A DNA stretch of 64,000 nt from an uncultured Gammaproteobacteria bacterium (GTDB taxonomy: Bacteria; Pseudomonadota; Gammaproteobacteria; Arenicellales; Poriferihabitantaceae): contig CAYOGN010000022.1 of assembly GCA_964403545.1 (NCBI GenBank), positions 15,495 through 79,494 of the forward strand. Reading direction: 5' to 3'. The position numbers and the translations under genes are program-made. This document shows, piece by piece, positions 18,776-28,882 of this stretch; within the stretch, counting starts at the first letter, position 1; every line of letters starts with the position of its first letter. The notes under the pieces were generated by a model, which was not told where the DNA came from, did no database searches, and saw only the letters and a list, made by a program, of their open reading frames with translations.

Positions 18776-19522
18776 TCAGTTTACTGTTGTACTGTCCGCA
18801 ATCAGCCGGGTTTTGAGAGGCCGTGATGTTGTGGTGGGAAAAGAACTTCCATATTCACAACCTCGGGAGTCCGTCTGGACTCTTGCCAATTGAACAATTC
18901 TTCTGGTGAGTTTGTATAGCTCGAGCTTGTAAAAAGGCTGACCAACAATCGCGCACCGCAGGTCGAACAACAATGCATTATTCTGATATTTTTCCTGCAG
19001 TTCATCGAGCAGCCTGACCAGCTTGTGCCGAAACAGGTCGAGTTCTCCGTTTTCAGGAAAATCCATTCGGTGAATCATCCTGAACGACAGATCTGCAAGT
19101 CTGCATATGTCGTGCTGGTTCATACTTCTGATGTACATAACACCCCTTTCCCTTTTCAACCCTTCGATCAACTTGTTGTAATTGTAAGTTGCTGAAAGTT
19201 GGCGTTTTGCCGGATTGGCGATCACTGAAGGTGGCTCATACCAGCGACTATCAGTCGCCGATATGAGTTGCTCATCCAACGTACCACTTTCACCTTTTTT
19301 ATCTAACCCCGAGCTGGCCGTACCCCCAAACTTTGGCGTTATATTAACTTTATAACAAGCAACAACTATGCCAATTACAGTAGTGCATGGGAAAAAATTA
19401 CTGATGCAGGATCTAATTAATTGATTTATAGTGTATTTTTTCTGTGATTTAAAAATAAAATTCTGTGCACTCCCACTTGTTGGCCACCTGAACATTATAA
19501 AAACTGTGCTACAGGCTGACAC
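18776..19522 (-). CDS. Hypothetical protein; true start uncertain
   Basis: 248-aa ORF with no recognisable motif. The 5' third lies in AT-rich sequence, and the internal Met at MYIRSMNQHD is an alternative start. Confidence 0.3.
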   Translation of the reverse strand: MSACSTVFIMFRWPTSGSAQNFIFKSQKKYTINQLIRSCISNFFPCTTVIGIVVACYKVNITPKFGGTASSGLDKKGESGTLDEQLISATDSRWYEPPSVIANPAKRQLSATYNYNKLIEGLKRERGVMYIRSMNQHDICRLADLSFRMIHRMDFPENGELDLFRHKLVRLLDELQEKYQNNALLFDLRCAIVGQPFYKLELYKLTRRIVQLARVQTDSRGCEYGSSFPTTTSRPLKTRLIADSTTVN

Positions 19523-19584
19523 ATTTTGTCAATCCCGGTTCATTTTAGCCATACAGATTTCGCGGTTGGGCTATACTCCGTCCA

Positions 19585-20460
19585 ATGACAATTGAACCCC
19601 TGGTGACGCTGCAGCAACACTTTGATGAGGCCGGATATATTGCAGATCCGGATCTGTTAACGACCATATTATTGATGCGGCAGCTGCAACGGCCTTTATT
19701 GATTGAGGGTGAGGCAGGCGTAGGCAAAACCGAAGTTGCCAAGGTGTTGGCGCAAATCGAACAACGCAAATTGATCCGGCTACAATGCTACGAGGGCCTT
19801 GAAACCAGTGCCGCGGTATACGAATGGAATTACAGCCGACAATTGCTGTCAATAAAGCTCCAGGAGTCAAATCAGGATGGGCGGGATCTCGATATATTCA
19901 GCCCGGAGTTTTTACTCGAGCGGCCCTTGTTGCAATCCATTCGCCAGACCAGATCTCCGATCCTGTTAATTGACGAAATTGATCGTGCAGATGAAGCTTT
20001 TGAAGCTTACCTGCTGGAATTGCTGTCTGATTTCCAGGTTTCGATTCCCGAACTTGGCACACTCAAGGCGAGTTCTATTCCCGTCGTCATCCTGACTTCC
20101 AATGGCACTCGAGAGCTGAGCGATGCACTTCGCAGGCGCTGTCTTTATCATTACCTTGAATATCCGGATCGGGCAAGAGAACTACGTATTGTCGAACAAA
20201 AGGTGCCAGGAGTGAATCAAAGCCTGGCAGTTCAGATTGTAGACTTCATACAGGCCTTACGCGATCAGGACCTGGCGAGGAATCCCGGCATCGCCGAGAC
20301 TCTCGACTGGTGTGCTGCGTTACAGGGTTTTGGTATTGGCGATTTGTATGAAAACATTGAACTGGTTCACAGCACCCGTGGCTGCTTTCTGAAAACCCGG
20401 GACGACCAGGAGGCTATTGATCGCGAAACCATGGCTGGCCTGCTGCGACAAAGCGCGTGA
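19585..20460 (+). CDS. MoxR-family AAA+ ATPase (CoxD-like)
   Basis: Walker A GEAGVGKT, Walker B LLIDEIDR, 291 aa. Confidence 0.85.
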   Translation: MTIEPLVTLQQHFDEAGYIADPDLLTTILLMRQLQRPLLIEGEAGVGKTEVAKVLAQIEQRKLIRLQCYEGLETSAAVYEWNYSRQLLSIKLQESNQDGRDLDIFSPEFLLERPLLQSIRQTRSPILLIDEIDRADEAFEAYLLELLSDFQVSIPELGTLKASSIPVVILTSNGTRELSDALRRRCLYHYLEYPDRARELRIVEQKVPGVNQSLAVQIVDFIQALRDQDLARNPGIAETLDWCAALQGFGIGDLYENIELVHSTRGCFLKTRDDQEAIDRETMAGLLRQSA

Positions 20461-21623
20461 GCGCAGCTGATTCCGTTCAATGGACACCCCGTGACAGAAT
20501 TCTCGGTTTCATCGGTCATCTTCGATTTCAGGGTTTTGCTATCGGCATCGGTGAGTCGGTGGATATATTGCGAGCTATTGGTGCATCAAACAGCCTCCAT
20601 GCCGGGGTTGCCAAATCCGTCCTGAGGACATTGTGTTGCAGGAATCTTGATGACTGGCAGCGATTCGATCAATATTACGATGGTTACTGGTATTCCGATA
20701 AATTACCTCCTGCAGCCCAGGGGGTAGTAGCACGAATAGATGCGCGACAGCGCTATTCTGCAATGGCTGGCATGGCTGGAGCCAGTAGTCAATCCCGGGT
20801 TGCTGATGAGGCGGACAATAATTGCGTCGACAATGAATCTGAAAGCAGGGGTGCCGGGCGTCAGCGAACCATCGGCAAGGCGGACTTTCGGTTTCTCGGT
20901 GATGCTGCAGCAATGCGCGAAGCCGGTAATCTGGCGGAACAACTCGGCCTGCAACTACGCAAAAGCTTATCGAGACGCAGGCAAGGGTCATCGTCCGGTG
21001 GACAGCTGGATATGCGGCGAACCTTGCGCCGCAGTCTTGCGACCGGGGGGTTCCCTGCCCATCTGCGATTCACTAAACGCAAGCTCGCTCCCTTGCATAT
21101 GGTCATTCTGCATGACGTTTCCCACTCCATGACCTGGAACAACCCGTTGCTGTTTCGTTTTGTTCGCGGGCTGGTACAAAATTTCAACAATTCAGTGGCC
21201 TATGGGTTTCACACCAGATTATTTCCTATTACCCGCTTTCTACGGGAGAGCTCGCTGCAACGCATGCGCACCAGACTGGAGCGGAAAAACGAATTATGGA
21301 TGGGTGGTACCTGTATCGCCAGGTCGATCCAGGCTTTTAATCAACGATATCGGGCAAAGGATTTAACCAATAGATCTATCGTCATGATTATCAGTGATGG
21401 ATTTGACACCGATGACAGATCAATGCTGGAACAAGAACTTGCTATTCTGGGAACCGGATCACAAAAACTGCTGTGGCTAAATCCGATGCTTGGCCGTCCC
21501 GGAGTAACCCTCGACGCCGCCAGACTTCACCATTCCTTGCCAATGGTAGACCGATTTATGCCTGCTAACAGTGTCGACGGGTTGCGTGCGACAATAAAGG
21601 AAATTGCCATGTGTGCCCGCTAG
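20457..21623 (+). CDS. VWA-domain protein, CoxE-like partner of MoxR
   Basis: The GTG start overlaps the MoxR stop (GTGA). The C-terminal VWA-like region includes HDVSHSM (DxSxS-type MIDAS) and IISDGFDT. Confidence 0.75.
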   Translation: MSAADSVQWTPRDRILGFIGHLRFQGFAIGIGESVDILRAIGASNSLHAGVAKSVLRTLCCRNLDDWQRFDQYYDGYWYSDKLPPAAQGVVARIDARQRYSAMAGMAGASSQSRVADEADNNCVDNESESRGAGRQRTIGKADFRFLGDAAAMREAGNLAEQLGLQLRKSLSRRRQGSSSGGQLDMRRTLRRSLATGGFPAHLRFTKRKLAPLHMVILHDVSHSMTWNNPLLFRFVRGLVQNFNNSVAYGFHTRLFPITRFLRESSLQRMRTRLERKNELWMGGTCIARSIQAFNQRYRAKDLTNRSIVMIISDGFDTDDRSMLEQELAILGTGSQKLLWLNPMLGRPGVTLDAARLHHSLPMVDRFMPANSVDGLRATIKEIAMCAR

Positions 21624-21665
21624 TCAAACCTGCGGACAACCCATTCGGCAACAGGCGTCCTCTTG

Positions 21666-21980
21666 CTATTTCTTGCTCCGGATCAGTTTTAGCGGGGATA
21701 ACACGATATAAATTGCGCTGAACGCCAATAGAACAAACAGTGTATGCACCACGATACCATCACCATTGATCAGGTTGTAGGCAACGCGGTAGTTTGATGC
21801 CAGGTTGATCTGCTGAAACAGACTGACTGAGCCCAGTTTGATGGTTTCCTGGACGGTCAACAAATACTCCGGGTGTTTGATGATCAGGTAGACCTGACAG
21901 GAAAGAGCTAATGTGGAAGTCAGCATCAGGCGGAAAATAAACAGGGTGAAGCTGGCGATACTCGTCATCAGAATAAGCAA
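21666..21980 (-). CDS. Hypothetical membrane protein
   Basis: 104-aa ORF with hydrophobic N- and C-terminal helices. I recognise no family. Confidence 0.4.
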   Translation of the reverse strand: MLILMTSIASFTLFIFRLMLTSTLALSCQVYLIIKHPEYLLTVQETIKLGSVSLFQQINLASNYRVAYNLINGDGIVVHTLFVLLAFSAIYIVLSPLKLIRSKK

Positions 21981-22043
21981 TCGCGAAATAACTTAGTCGC
22001 TGAGGAGAATGCCGGGTCAGTATTCTACCGGTTTGCCCCGGGA

Positions 22044-22514
22044 CTATCCTCTGGCCTGATAAATTTTTTCGAAGGATGCTGGACTGAAGCCAGTTAACTT
22101 CTTTCGGCCAACCACAATAATGGGCACACTTCGGCCATTCAAATTCTTGAAATCGTGCTTGCCCTTATCTGAATGCTCAATATCGTATTCAATAAATGAA
22201 ATGTTATTCTGTTCAAACCACGTCCGGGCCTGTTTGCATACACTACACCAGCCGGCACTATAGATGACCACTCTGGAATCTCCAGCATTTTTTGATTCAG
22301 TGTCGTCGATTGAGGCACTTGTATAGGCATCAATATGAATCTCGAGCTGAGTTGCTGTCGCGTCCGCCGGTAGCTGGTCGCTAAAATTTACCCTGCCATT
22401 GTTATCAATCCAACGATAAATTTCAGCTACGGCAGCCGTGTTGAAGAGCAGTATCAGTACGGCAGCCGATAGTATCCGGCCGAGGGTTTGCTGTAATTTT
22501 TGATTTGCCGACAT
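22044..22514 (-). CDS. Secreted DUF4124-glutaredoxin fusion protein
   Basis: Signal peptide, then the DUF4124-like EIYRWIDNNGRVNFSDQLP, then a glutaredoxin fold with VVIYSAGWCSVCKQA. Confidence 0.7.
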   Translation of the reverse strand: MSANQKLQQTLGRILSAAVLILLFNTAAVAEIYRWIDNNGRVNFSDQLPADATATQLEIHIDAYTSASIDDTESKNAGDSRVVIYSAGWCSVCKQARTWFEQNNISFIEYDIEHSDKGKHDFKNLNGRSVPIIVVGRKKLTGFSPASFEKIYQARG

Positions 22515-22602
22515 ATTAACCTCACTACAATTAGTTGATGTAATTCAGTGTCAGTAGTCCATTATTATCGTTGTGTTGGAGTACTGTTAATTCCTGCGGT
22601 CA

Positions 22603-23328
22603 CTAGCCACACTTGCTGTCACCACAATTCAGGCAGGTCATGCAACCGTCCATCATAATGGATGCCTTGACCCTGCATTTATTGCAAAGCGTAGCACTTT
22701 CCGGAAATAGATTGTCACTGTCCAGATCTCTGGTCTGACCAGATTCACGATGCTCAAACTCCTTGCGCTTTTGCTCAATTATTTTCTGCCGATGTAAATC
22801 AAGTTCAGGATCCTTGATCATGCCAATCAATTTAAGGTGGCTCTCGATAGCATCGCCGATCTCTGCTACTAGTGAGGGCATGAATTTACCGCCTTTCTTG
22901 AAATAACCCCCCTTTGGGTCGAACACGCTTTGCAGTTCACTGACCAGAAAAGTGACGTCTCCACCTTTGCGGAAGACCGCCGAAATGATTAACGTCAGTC
23001 CGGATATCCACTGGTAATGATCCATATTTTTCGAGTTGATAAAAATCTCAAACGGCCTTCGTTTTTCATAGGGTGTGTCCGGATTCAGTACCATGTCATT
23101 GATGGTGATATAGAAAGCATGCTCGGACACCGGAGTCTTGATTTTATAGGTGCTGCCGATGAGCATTTCCGGTCGCACCACTTTCTCATGCATCTGGACA
23201 ATTTTGGACTGCCCCTGATCACCAGTGACGACGGCTTGCCGGGTTTCGCCAGAATTTTTTGCTGATTTGGTTTCGGCAACCTTGATTACATCGTAGTCGA
23301 CAATTTTCTTTTCAATTTTGATACTCAT
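22603..23328 (-). CDS. nrdJb: Class II (adenosylcobalamin) ribonucleotide reductase, small C-terminal polypeptide NrdJb
   Basis: 241 aa, immediately downstream of nrdJa. It has a Cys-rich tail CNKCRVKASIMMDGCMTCLNCGDSKCG. The arrangement matches the split nrdJab of Pseudomonas aeruginosa. Confidence 0.75.
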   Translation of the reverse strand: MSIKIEKKIVDYDVIKVAETKSAKNSGETRQAVVTGDQGQSKIVQMHEKVVRPEMLIGSTYKIKTPVSEHAFYITINDMVLNPDTPYEKRRPFEIFINSKNMDHYQWISGLTLIISAVFRKGGDVTFLVSELQSVFDPKGGYFKKGGKFMPSLVAEIGDAIESHLKLIGMIKDPELDLHRQKIIEQKRKEFEHRESGQTRDLDSDNLFPESATLCNKCRVKASIMMDGCMTCLNCGDSKCG

Positions 23329-23412
23329 TTTATGTTCTCTGGTGACAAGCCACGCTACTGTGGTTCATTGTTCATATTCTGGATGACTCCTGCCTGACTC
23401 ACAAATGACAGC

Positions 23413-25584
23413 CTAAAACCGACCGTAATACCCCTCTTTCAAGGCGTCAAACAAATTCGCCGCGGTATGGGTTTCACCGTCATATTCAATTTCTTCATTG
23501 CCCTTGACCTCAACAATATCCCCGTTTTCCAGGGTAAATTGGTAGGTTGTATTTTCGAGGTCCTGTTCTTTCACCAGGACCCCCTGAAAAACCTCCGGGT
23601 TATAACGAAATGTTGTGCATCCCTTGAGGCCTTTCTCCCAGGCATACTGATAGATATCCTGAAAATCTTTAAATGGAAATTCTGTTGGTACGTTTGCGGT
23701 TTTGGAGATTGAAGAATCGATCCACTTTTGGGCTGCCGCCTGGACGTCCACGTGCTGCTTCGGACTGACATCGTCAGCAGTAACAAAATACTCCGGCAAC
23801 TTTTCCGTTTCGTTGTCAGACAAAGGGTTCGCACCGGGATTTATCAAATGTCGATATGCCAGCAGTTCATAAGAGAAAACGTCAACCTTTTCCTTCGACT
23901 TCTTGCCTTCGCGGATAACATTGCGGCTATACATATGCCCGAACGATGGCTCGATACCGTTACTCGCATTATTTCCCAGCGACAGACTAATGGTGCCAGT
24001 GGGTGCGATTGAAGTATGGTGGGTGTAGCGACAGCCCTGTTGAGCAATTTTGTCTCGCAACCCGATGGGGAACTGCTGCATATAGCGACTGTAGCGTCCC
24101 ATCAATACCATACCTTTGACCAGGTCACCGATTTTGTAGCCGTCCTGTATCATTTCGGGGCGTTTGGCCAGCATCTCCGAGGTGACACTGAATTCCTGCT
24201 CTAGTACGGGCGCCGATCCTTTCTCCGCGGCCAGTTCAATGCCGGTCTCCCAGCCAATCAGCGCCATTTGATGTGCTACTTTTTCGGTAAATGCCAATGA
24301 TTTTTTACTGCCATACTTCATCTTCAGCATGGTCAGGGTTGAACCAAGGCCAAGAAAACCCATGCCATGGCGGCGCTTAGCGATTATTTCCTCACGTTGC
24401 TTTGCCAGTGGCAGACCATTTATTTCGACCACGTTATCCAGCATTCTGGAAAATATTGCTACTACTTTGCGGTACTTGTCCCAATCAAATTGCGCCTGAT
24501 CAGTAAACGCATGTTCGACGAATCGAGTCAGATTAACCGAGCCCAGTAAGCAGGCTCCATAGGGTGGCAATGGTTGTTCGCCACAGGGATTGGTTGCACG
24601 AATATTCTCGCAGAACCAGTTATTGTTCATTTCATTGATGCGATCCACCAGGATAAAACCAGGTTCCGCATAATCATATGTGGAAGCCATAATCTGATTC
24701 CACAAATTACGCGCCGGAATTGTTTTGTACACCCGGCATGCTACCTGCCCCTTGTCGTTGGTGGTGTAACTATCTGTGATTGCCCAGTTTCGCCAGATGA
24801 TTTCAAACCGGTCATCGTCAATTTCATGCTGGGTGGCCGGAAAAGACAGTGGCCAGCCGGCATCTGCCCTCACGGCCTCCATAAACTCATCGGTAATCAA
24901 ACAGGACAAATTAAACTGGCGTAGCCTGCCATCTTCGCGTTTCGCCCGCACAAAGTCCTGGATATCCGGGTGGCTGATGTCAAATGTTCCCATCTGGGCA
25001 CCGCGGCGACCGCCGGCAGATGAGACGGTAAAACACATGGAATCAAAAATATCCATGAATGAAAGAGGTCCCGAAGTGTATGCGCCGGCGCCACTGACAA
25101 ATGCGCCCCTGGGACGCAAGGTTGAAAACTCATAGCCAATTCCGCAACCCGCTTTAAGCGTCAGGCCTGCTTCGTGCACCGAATGCAACACCCCATCCAT
25201 GGAATCAGGGATGATAGTGGATACAGTACAGTTGATGGTACTGGTGGCTGGCTTGTGGGCCAGTGCACCGGCGTTTGAGGTAATACGGCCCGCGGGAATG
25301 GCGCCATTTTGCAGCGCCCAGATAAATTTGCGCTGCCATTCCTGACGCTTCTCCTTACTGGTTTCTACTTCGGCCAGGGCGCAGGCAACCCGACTGAAGG
25401 TATCCTCAATGGTCGTATCCACTGGTTCGCCTTCCATTGTCTTAAGGCGGTATTTCTTGTCCCAGATATCCACCGAGGCGGTTTGCAGTGCCAACTGACC
25501 AAGTGCGTTGCCGGTAATTTCCTGCATTGACGGACTGGACCCATTTTGGCTGTCATGTTCGGTGGCGGTATTGGCCATCTTCAT
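23413..25584 (-). CDS. nrdJa: Class II (adenosylcobalamin) ribonucleotide reductase, large polypeptide NrdJa
   Basis: 723 aa with RNR barrel motifs NCTV, ATNPCGEQPL and SIAPTGT. Confidence 0.9.
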   Translation of the reverse strand: MKMANTATEHDSQNGSSPSMQEITGNALGQLALQTASVDIWDKKYRLKTMEGEPVDTTIEDTFSRVACALAEVETSKEKRQEWQRKFIWALQNGAIPAGRITSNAGALAHKPATSTINCTVSTIIPDSMDGVLHSVHEAGLTLKAGCGIGYEFSTLRPRGAFVSGAGAYTSGPLSFMDIFDSMCFTVSSAGGRRGAQMGTFDISHPDIQDFVRAKREDGRLRQFNLSCLITDEFMEAVRADAGWPLSFPATQHEIDDDRFEIIWRNWAITDSYTTNDKGQVACRVYKTIPARNLWNQIMASTYDYAEPGFILVDRINEMNNNWFCENIRATNPCGEQPLPPYGACLLGSVNLTRFVEHAFTDQAQFDWDKYRKVVAIFSRMLDNVVEINGLPLAKQREEIIAKRRHGMGFLGLGSTLTMLKMKYGSKKSLAFTEKVAHQMALIGWETGIELAAEKGSAPVLEQEFSVTSEMLAKRPEMIQDGYKIGDLVKGMVLMGRYSRYMQQFPIGLRDKIAQQGCRYTHHTSIAPTGTISLSLGNNASNGIEPSFGHMYSRNVIREGKKSKEKVDVFSYELLAYRHLINPGANPLSDNETEKLPEYFVTADDVSPKQHVDVQAAAQKWIDSSISKTANVPTEFPFKDFQDIYQYAWEKGLKGCTTFRYNPEVFQGVLVKEQDLENTTYQFTLENGDIVEVKGNEEIEYDGETHTAANLFDALKEGYYGRF

Positions 25585-25732
25585 ACTCTCATTTCCTCTT
25601 TACTCCTCAATCTTGCCTGTCAAATCATTATGGTACCTCCCTGTCTTTTGTCAAATTACCTAATTCAGAAGTTTCCTTACCTCTTTTTGCCAACCTGCTG
25701 ATTTTCCCGAATAAATTTTTTAATAAATTCGA

Positions 25733-25781
25733 AAACTACATATAGTGTTGAATGATCGATATTAAACCCAATATGTGGGAT
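25733..25781. promoter_or_regulatory. Two candidate NrdR boxes upstream of nrdJa
   Basis: Read on the minus strand, 25733..25748 is ACACTATATGTAGTTT, about 14/16 to the NrdR consensus acaCwAtATaTwGtgt. 25766..25781 is about 11/16. The centres are about 33 bp apart, and the boxes lie 150-200 bp upstream of the start. Confidence 0.4.
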
Positions 25782-26009
25782 TCGTCAAAGAAAATTTCCA
25801 AATCCTGTATTTTCAAAGGTTTATCAAAGCAGACCAAACCCGGATTTTCCCTGCTTTGGGGTTTTGTTTCGATTCAGAAGGCGGGGTTGACTGGAAACAG
25901 GTGAAAATCGGGCCCGGACAGAATCCAAAATCGCAATAATTCGGTTAGGTAACATGAGCGCAGCAATTGTGGTTAAATCCATATTGATCAAATTGAGAAC
26001 GCCCCCTGG

Positions 26010-26477
26010 ATGAAGCAAGTCAAAGCCAGACCAGTACTCGGCTGGCGAGAATGGGTCGCTTTGCCTGACCTCGGTATTGAAATAATCAAAGCCAAAGTGG
26101 ATACTGGTGCACGCACATCGGCACTGAATGCCGTCTCCATGGAAGAATTTGTCCAGGATGGAGAGGCCATGGTGAGATTCGAGGTGCTCGTCAGGGGCAG
26201 TGGGCAAACTCGTGAAGGCAGGTTCTTTTGTCGAGCGCCTGTGGTCGATAGTCGTGAAGTCACTAATTCCGGCGGTCACAGGGAACACAGAATTGTGATC
26301 ATTACCCGGCTTCAAATTGGAATGGCATTCGAGCAGGTGGAGATCACACTCACAAACCGTGGATCGATGAAATTTCCCATGCTGATCGGGAGATCGGCCA
26401 TTCGACGTCGCTACCTGGTCAATCCGGGACGCTCATATCTGGCTGGTAAACCTGGCGTTGGTGAACCAGCTGGATAG
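26010..26477 (+). CDS. Retropepsin-like putative protease (DUF785 / RimB-like)
   Basis: [13 protein letters not shown] ... [12 protein letters not shown] is characteristic of this family. It lies directly upstream of rimK. Confidence 0.8.
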   Translation: MKQVKARPVLGWREWVALPDLGIEIIKAKVDTGARTSALNAVSMEEFVQDGEAMVRFEVLVRGSGQTREGRFFCRAPVVDSREVTNSGGHREHRIVIITRLQIGMAFEQVEITLTNRGSMKFPMLIGRSAIRRRYLVNPGRSYLAGKPGVGEPAG

Positions 26478-26511
26478 TATAAATGTTACTGCAATCAAAC
26501 CAGATCAAATT

Positions 26512-27423
26512 ATGAATATAGCAATTCTGTCGCGCAACAAAGCCTTGTATTCAACCCGTCGACTGGTAGAGGCGGCCGAGCTGAAAGGGCATGGTATCCA
26601 GGTACTGGACCACTTGCGCTGTTTTATGGACATCACTTCCGATAAGCCCACCATTCATTATGGTAGCAATGAATTTAGTGGCGGAGACTTTGATGCGGTT
26701 ATTCCACGGATTGGTGCTTCGGTGACTTTTTATGGCACCGCCATCGTGCGCCAATTTGAAATGATGAACGTTTACAGTGTCAATGAATCGGTGGCGATTA
26801 CCCGTTCACGAGATAAATTGCGATCGCTGCAATTATTGTCGCGCAAAGGAGTAGGTATGCCGACAACGGCATTCGCCCACTCGGTCAAGGATGTGGATTC
26901 TGTGATCGCCGAGGTGGGCGGCGCGCCCCTCGTGATCAAATTGCTTGAAGGGACCCAGGGTAAAGGGGTGGTGCTGGCAGAAACCCAAAAAGCGGCCGAA
27001 AGCGTTATCCAGGCCTTTATGCGGGTCAAGGCAAATATCCTGGTTCAGGAGTTTATCAAGGAGTCCAGTGGAAGTGACCTCAGGTGCCTGGTAGTGGGTG
27101 GCAAGGTAATTGCGGCGATGGAACGAACAGCGCCACCCGGAGAGTTTCGTTCCAATCTGCACCGGGGAGGTAGTGCACAACTGGTTAAACTCTCACCCGC
27201 GGAACGGCGTACTGCGATCAAGGCCGCAACTGCCATGGGGCTCAATGTCTGTGGTGTGGACATATTGCGGTCTGATCGGGGGCCTCTGGTTATGGAGGTA
27301 AATTCGTCTCCGGGATTGCAGGGTATCGAAAAAGCCACAGGCAGGGATGTTGCCGGGATGATCATCGATTTCACCGTTGCCAATGCCAAACCAAAGAGAA
27401 CCAAAACCCGTGGTAAAGGCTAA
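26512..27423 (+). CDS. rimK: ATP-grasp ribosomal protein S6 glutamate ligase RimK
   Basis: MNIAILSRN start, [23 protein letters not shown] and EVNSSPGL. The ATG is at 26512. Confidence 0.9.
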   Translation: MNIAILSRNKALYSTRRLVEAAELKGHGIQVLDHLRCFMDITSDKPTIHYGSNEFSGGDFDAVIPRIGASVTFYGTAIVRQFEMMNVYSVNESVAITRSRDKLRSLQLLSRKGVGMPTTAFAHSVKDVDSVIAEVGGAPLVIKLLEGTQGKGVVLAETQKAAESVIQAFMRVKANILVQEFIKESSGSDLRCLVVGGKVIAAMERTAPPGEFRSNLHRGGSAQLVKLSPAERRTAIKAATAMGLNVCGVDILRSDRGPLVMEVNSSPGLQGIEKATGRDVAGMIIDFTVANAKPKRTKTRGKG

Positions 27424-28450
27424 AAACAGTTCTTTCTTCATTGCTGGTGAGGAGGTCCGGGCTGGTCAGAAACGTGTTATCAATCTGCCATTGCCCAGTT
27501 TGTATACCATGCAGAGCGCGCTCAGTCTGGCGGTGCATGTTGTCAATGGCAGGCAACCGGGTCCAAAACTGTTTGTTTGCGCCGCCCTCCATGGCGATGA
27601 AATTAATGGTGTGGAAATTGTCAGGCGACTATTCAAGCGCAAGGCAATCGACGATATCAGGGGGACGCTGATTGCCATCCCTATCGTTAATGTGTTCGGC
27701 ATTGTCCAGCATTCGAGATATCTGCCCGATGGTCGCGATTTAAACAGGTCATTTCCGGGCACGGAAAAAGGGTCATTGGCGTCACGACTCGCTTATGTAT
27801 TCACTGAGCAAATTGTCAAGCAGTGTACCCATGGAATTGATCTGCACGCTGCAGGCGGTCACAGAATAAATCTGCCACAAATTCGGGCCAATCTGGACGA
27901 TCCTGCGACTCTGGCGCTAGCCAGATCTTTTGGTGTCCCGGTCGTGATCAATTCACGCCTGCGAGATGGCTCGCTAAGAGAAGCTGCGGGTGAACTGGGG
28001 CTGCCGATGCTGGTATATGAAGCAGGTGAGTCTCTTCGATTTAACCCTTTTGCAATTCGCGCCGGTGTGCAGGGTCTGATATCTGTTATGCGCTATCTGG
28101 AAATGTTACCGGAGGTGCGGCAGAAGCAAAAAACCTCGGAACCCTTTGTCTCCCATACCAGCAACTGGGTGCGAGCCCCAACCAGCGGAATATTGCACAA
28201 CCACCGTGCCCTGGGAGACAAGGTGGCAAGCGGCGAATTGCTCGGCCTGATCTCTGACCCATCCGATTGCATCGAGGATACGAAGGAAGAAATTCGCACC
28301 CCGGTAGACGGTATTGTTATTGGCCACACCCGATTGCCGCTGGTCAATGAAGGCGATGCATTATTTCACATTGCGAGTTTTGACGATGCCGGTGAAGTGG
28401 CAGCCGGGCTTGAATCATTTCAGTATCAGGAGCCAGGGTTGATTGAGTAG
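27377..28450 (+). CDS. AstE/AspA-family (succinylglutamate desuccinylase/aspartoacylase-like) protein of the RimK module
   Basis: [13 protein letters not shown] zinc motif and DLHAAG. The start is uncertain: ATG 27377 or 27383 overlaps rimK, and GTG 27410 is possible. Confidence 0.8.
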   Translation: MPMPNQREPKPVVKAKNSSFFIAGEEVRAGQKRVINLPLPSLYTMQSALSLAVHVVNGRQPGPKLFVCAALHGDEINGVEIVRRLFKRKAIDDIRGTLIAIPIVNVFGIVQHSRYLPDGRDLNRSFPGTEKGSLASRLAYVFTEQIVKQCTHGIDLHAAGGHRINLPQIRANLDDPATLALARSFGVPVVINSRLRDGSLREAAGELGLPMLVYEAGESLRFNPFAIRAGVQGLISVMRYLEMLPEVRQKQKTSEPFVSHTSNWVRAPTSGILHNHRALGDKVASGELLGLISDPSDCIEDTKEEIRTPVDGIVIGHTRLPLVNEGDALFHIASFDDAGEVAAGLESFQYQEPGLIE

Positions 28451-28522
28451 TGACGCTGCAATTGCAAATGCGCCCTGATACGCTACACTGCTTCGATCTG
28501 CACCAATCGTGAGGAAGATTTT

Positions 28523-28756
28523 ATGTTGGAGCTTCGGCCAAATTGTGAGTGTTGTGACCAGGATTTACCGCCGGAATCGAAAGAGGCGGTTATTTGTACG
28601 TTTGAGTGCACGTTTTGCATAACCTGTTCAAACAATATTCTCGATCACATATGTCCTAATTGTGGTGGAAACCTGGTCCAGCGCCCGGTCAGGCCTTACG
28701 CGTTGCTAAAGAACAATCCGGCATCAACCAAACGCGTTTTAAAAGAGGCTGGCTGA
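28523..28756 (+). CDS. DUF1272 zinc-ribbon protein
   Basis: MLELRPNCECCDQDLPP ... CTFCITC ... CPNCGGNLVQRP matches the DUF1272 pattern. Confidence 0.7.
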   Translation: MLELRPNCECCDQDLPPESKEAVICTFECTFCITCSNNILDHICPNCGGNLVQRPVRPYALLKNNPASTKRVLKEAG

Positions 28757-28882
28757 TCCTGTCAATTCGCGCCGGGCACCAGTTTCACCAGAGTATGATA
28801 TCAGTCATATCGGAAACGAAAACAGGTTGCGGAAATTTTAAATTCGCGAGGCATTCCGATCCGGAAAATGAGTAATTTAAAG

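Noticed and set aside
25824-26315. 163-aa minus-strand ORF upstream of nrdJa.
   Set aside because: It overlaps the well-supported DUF785 gene (26010..26477) on the opposite strand, and its translation has no recognisable features.
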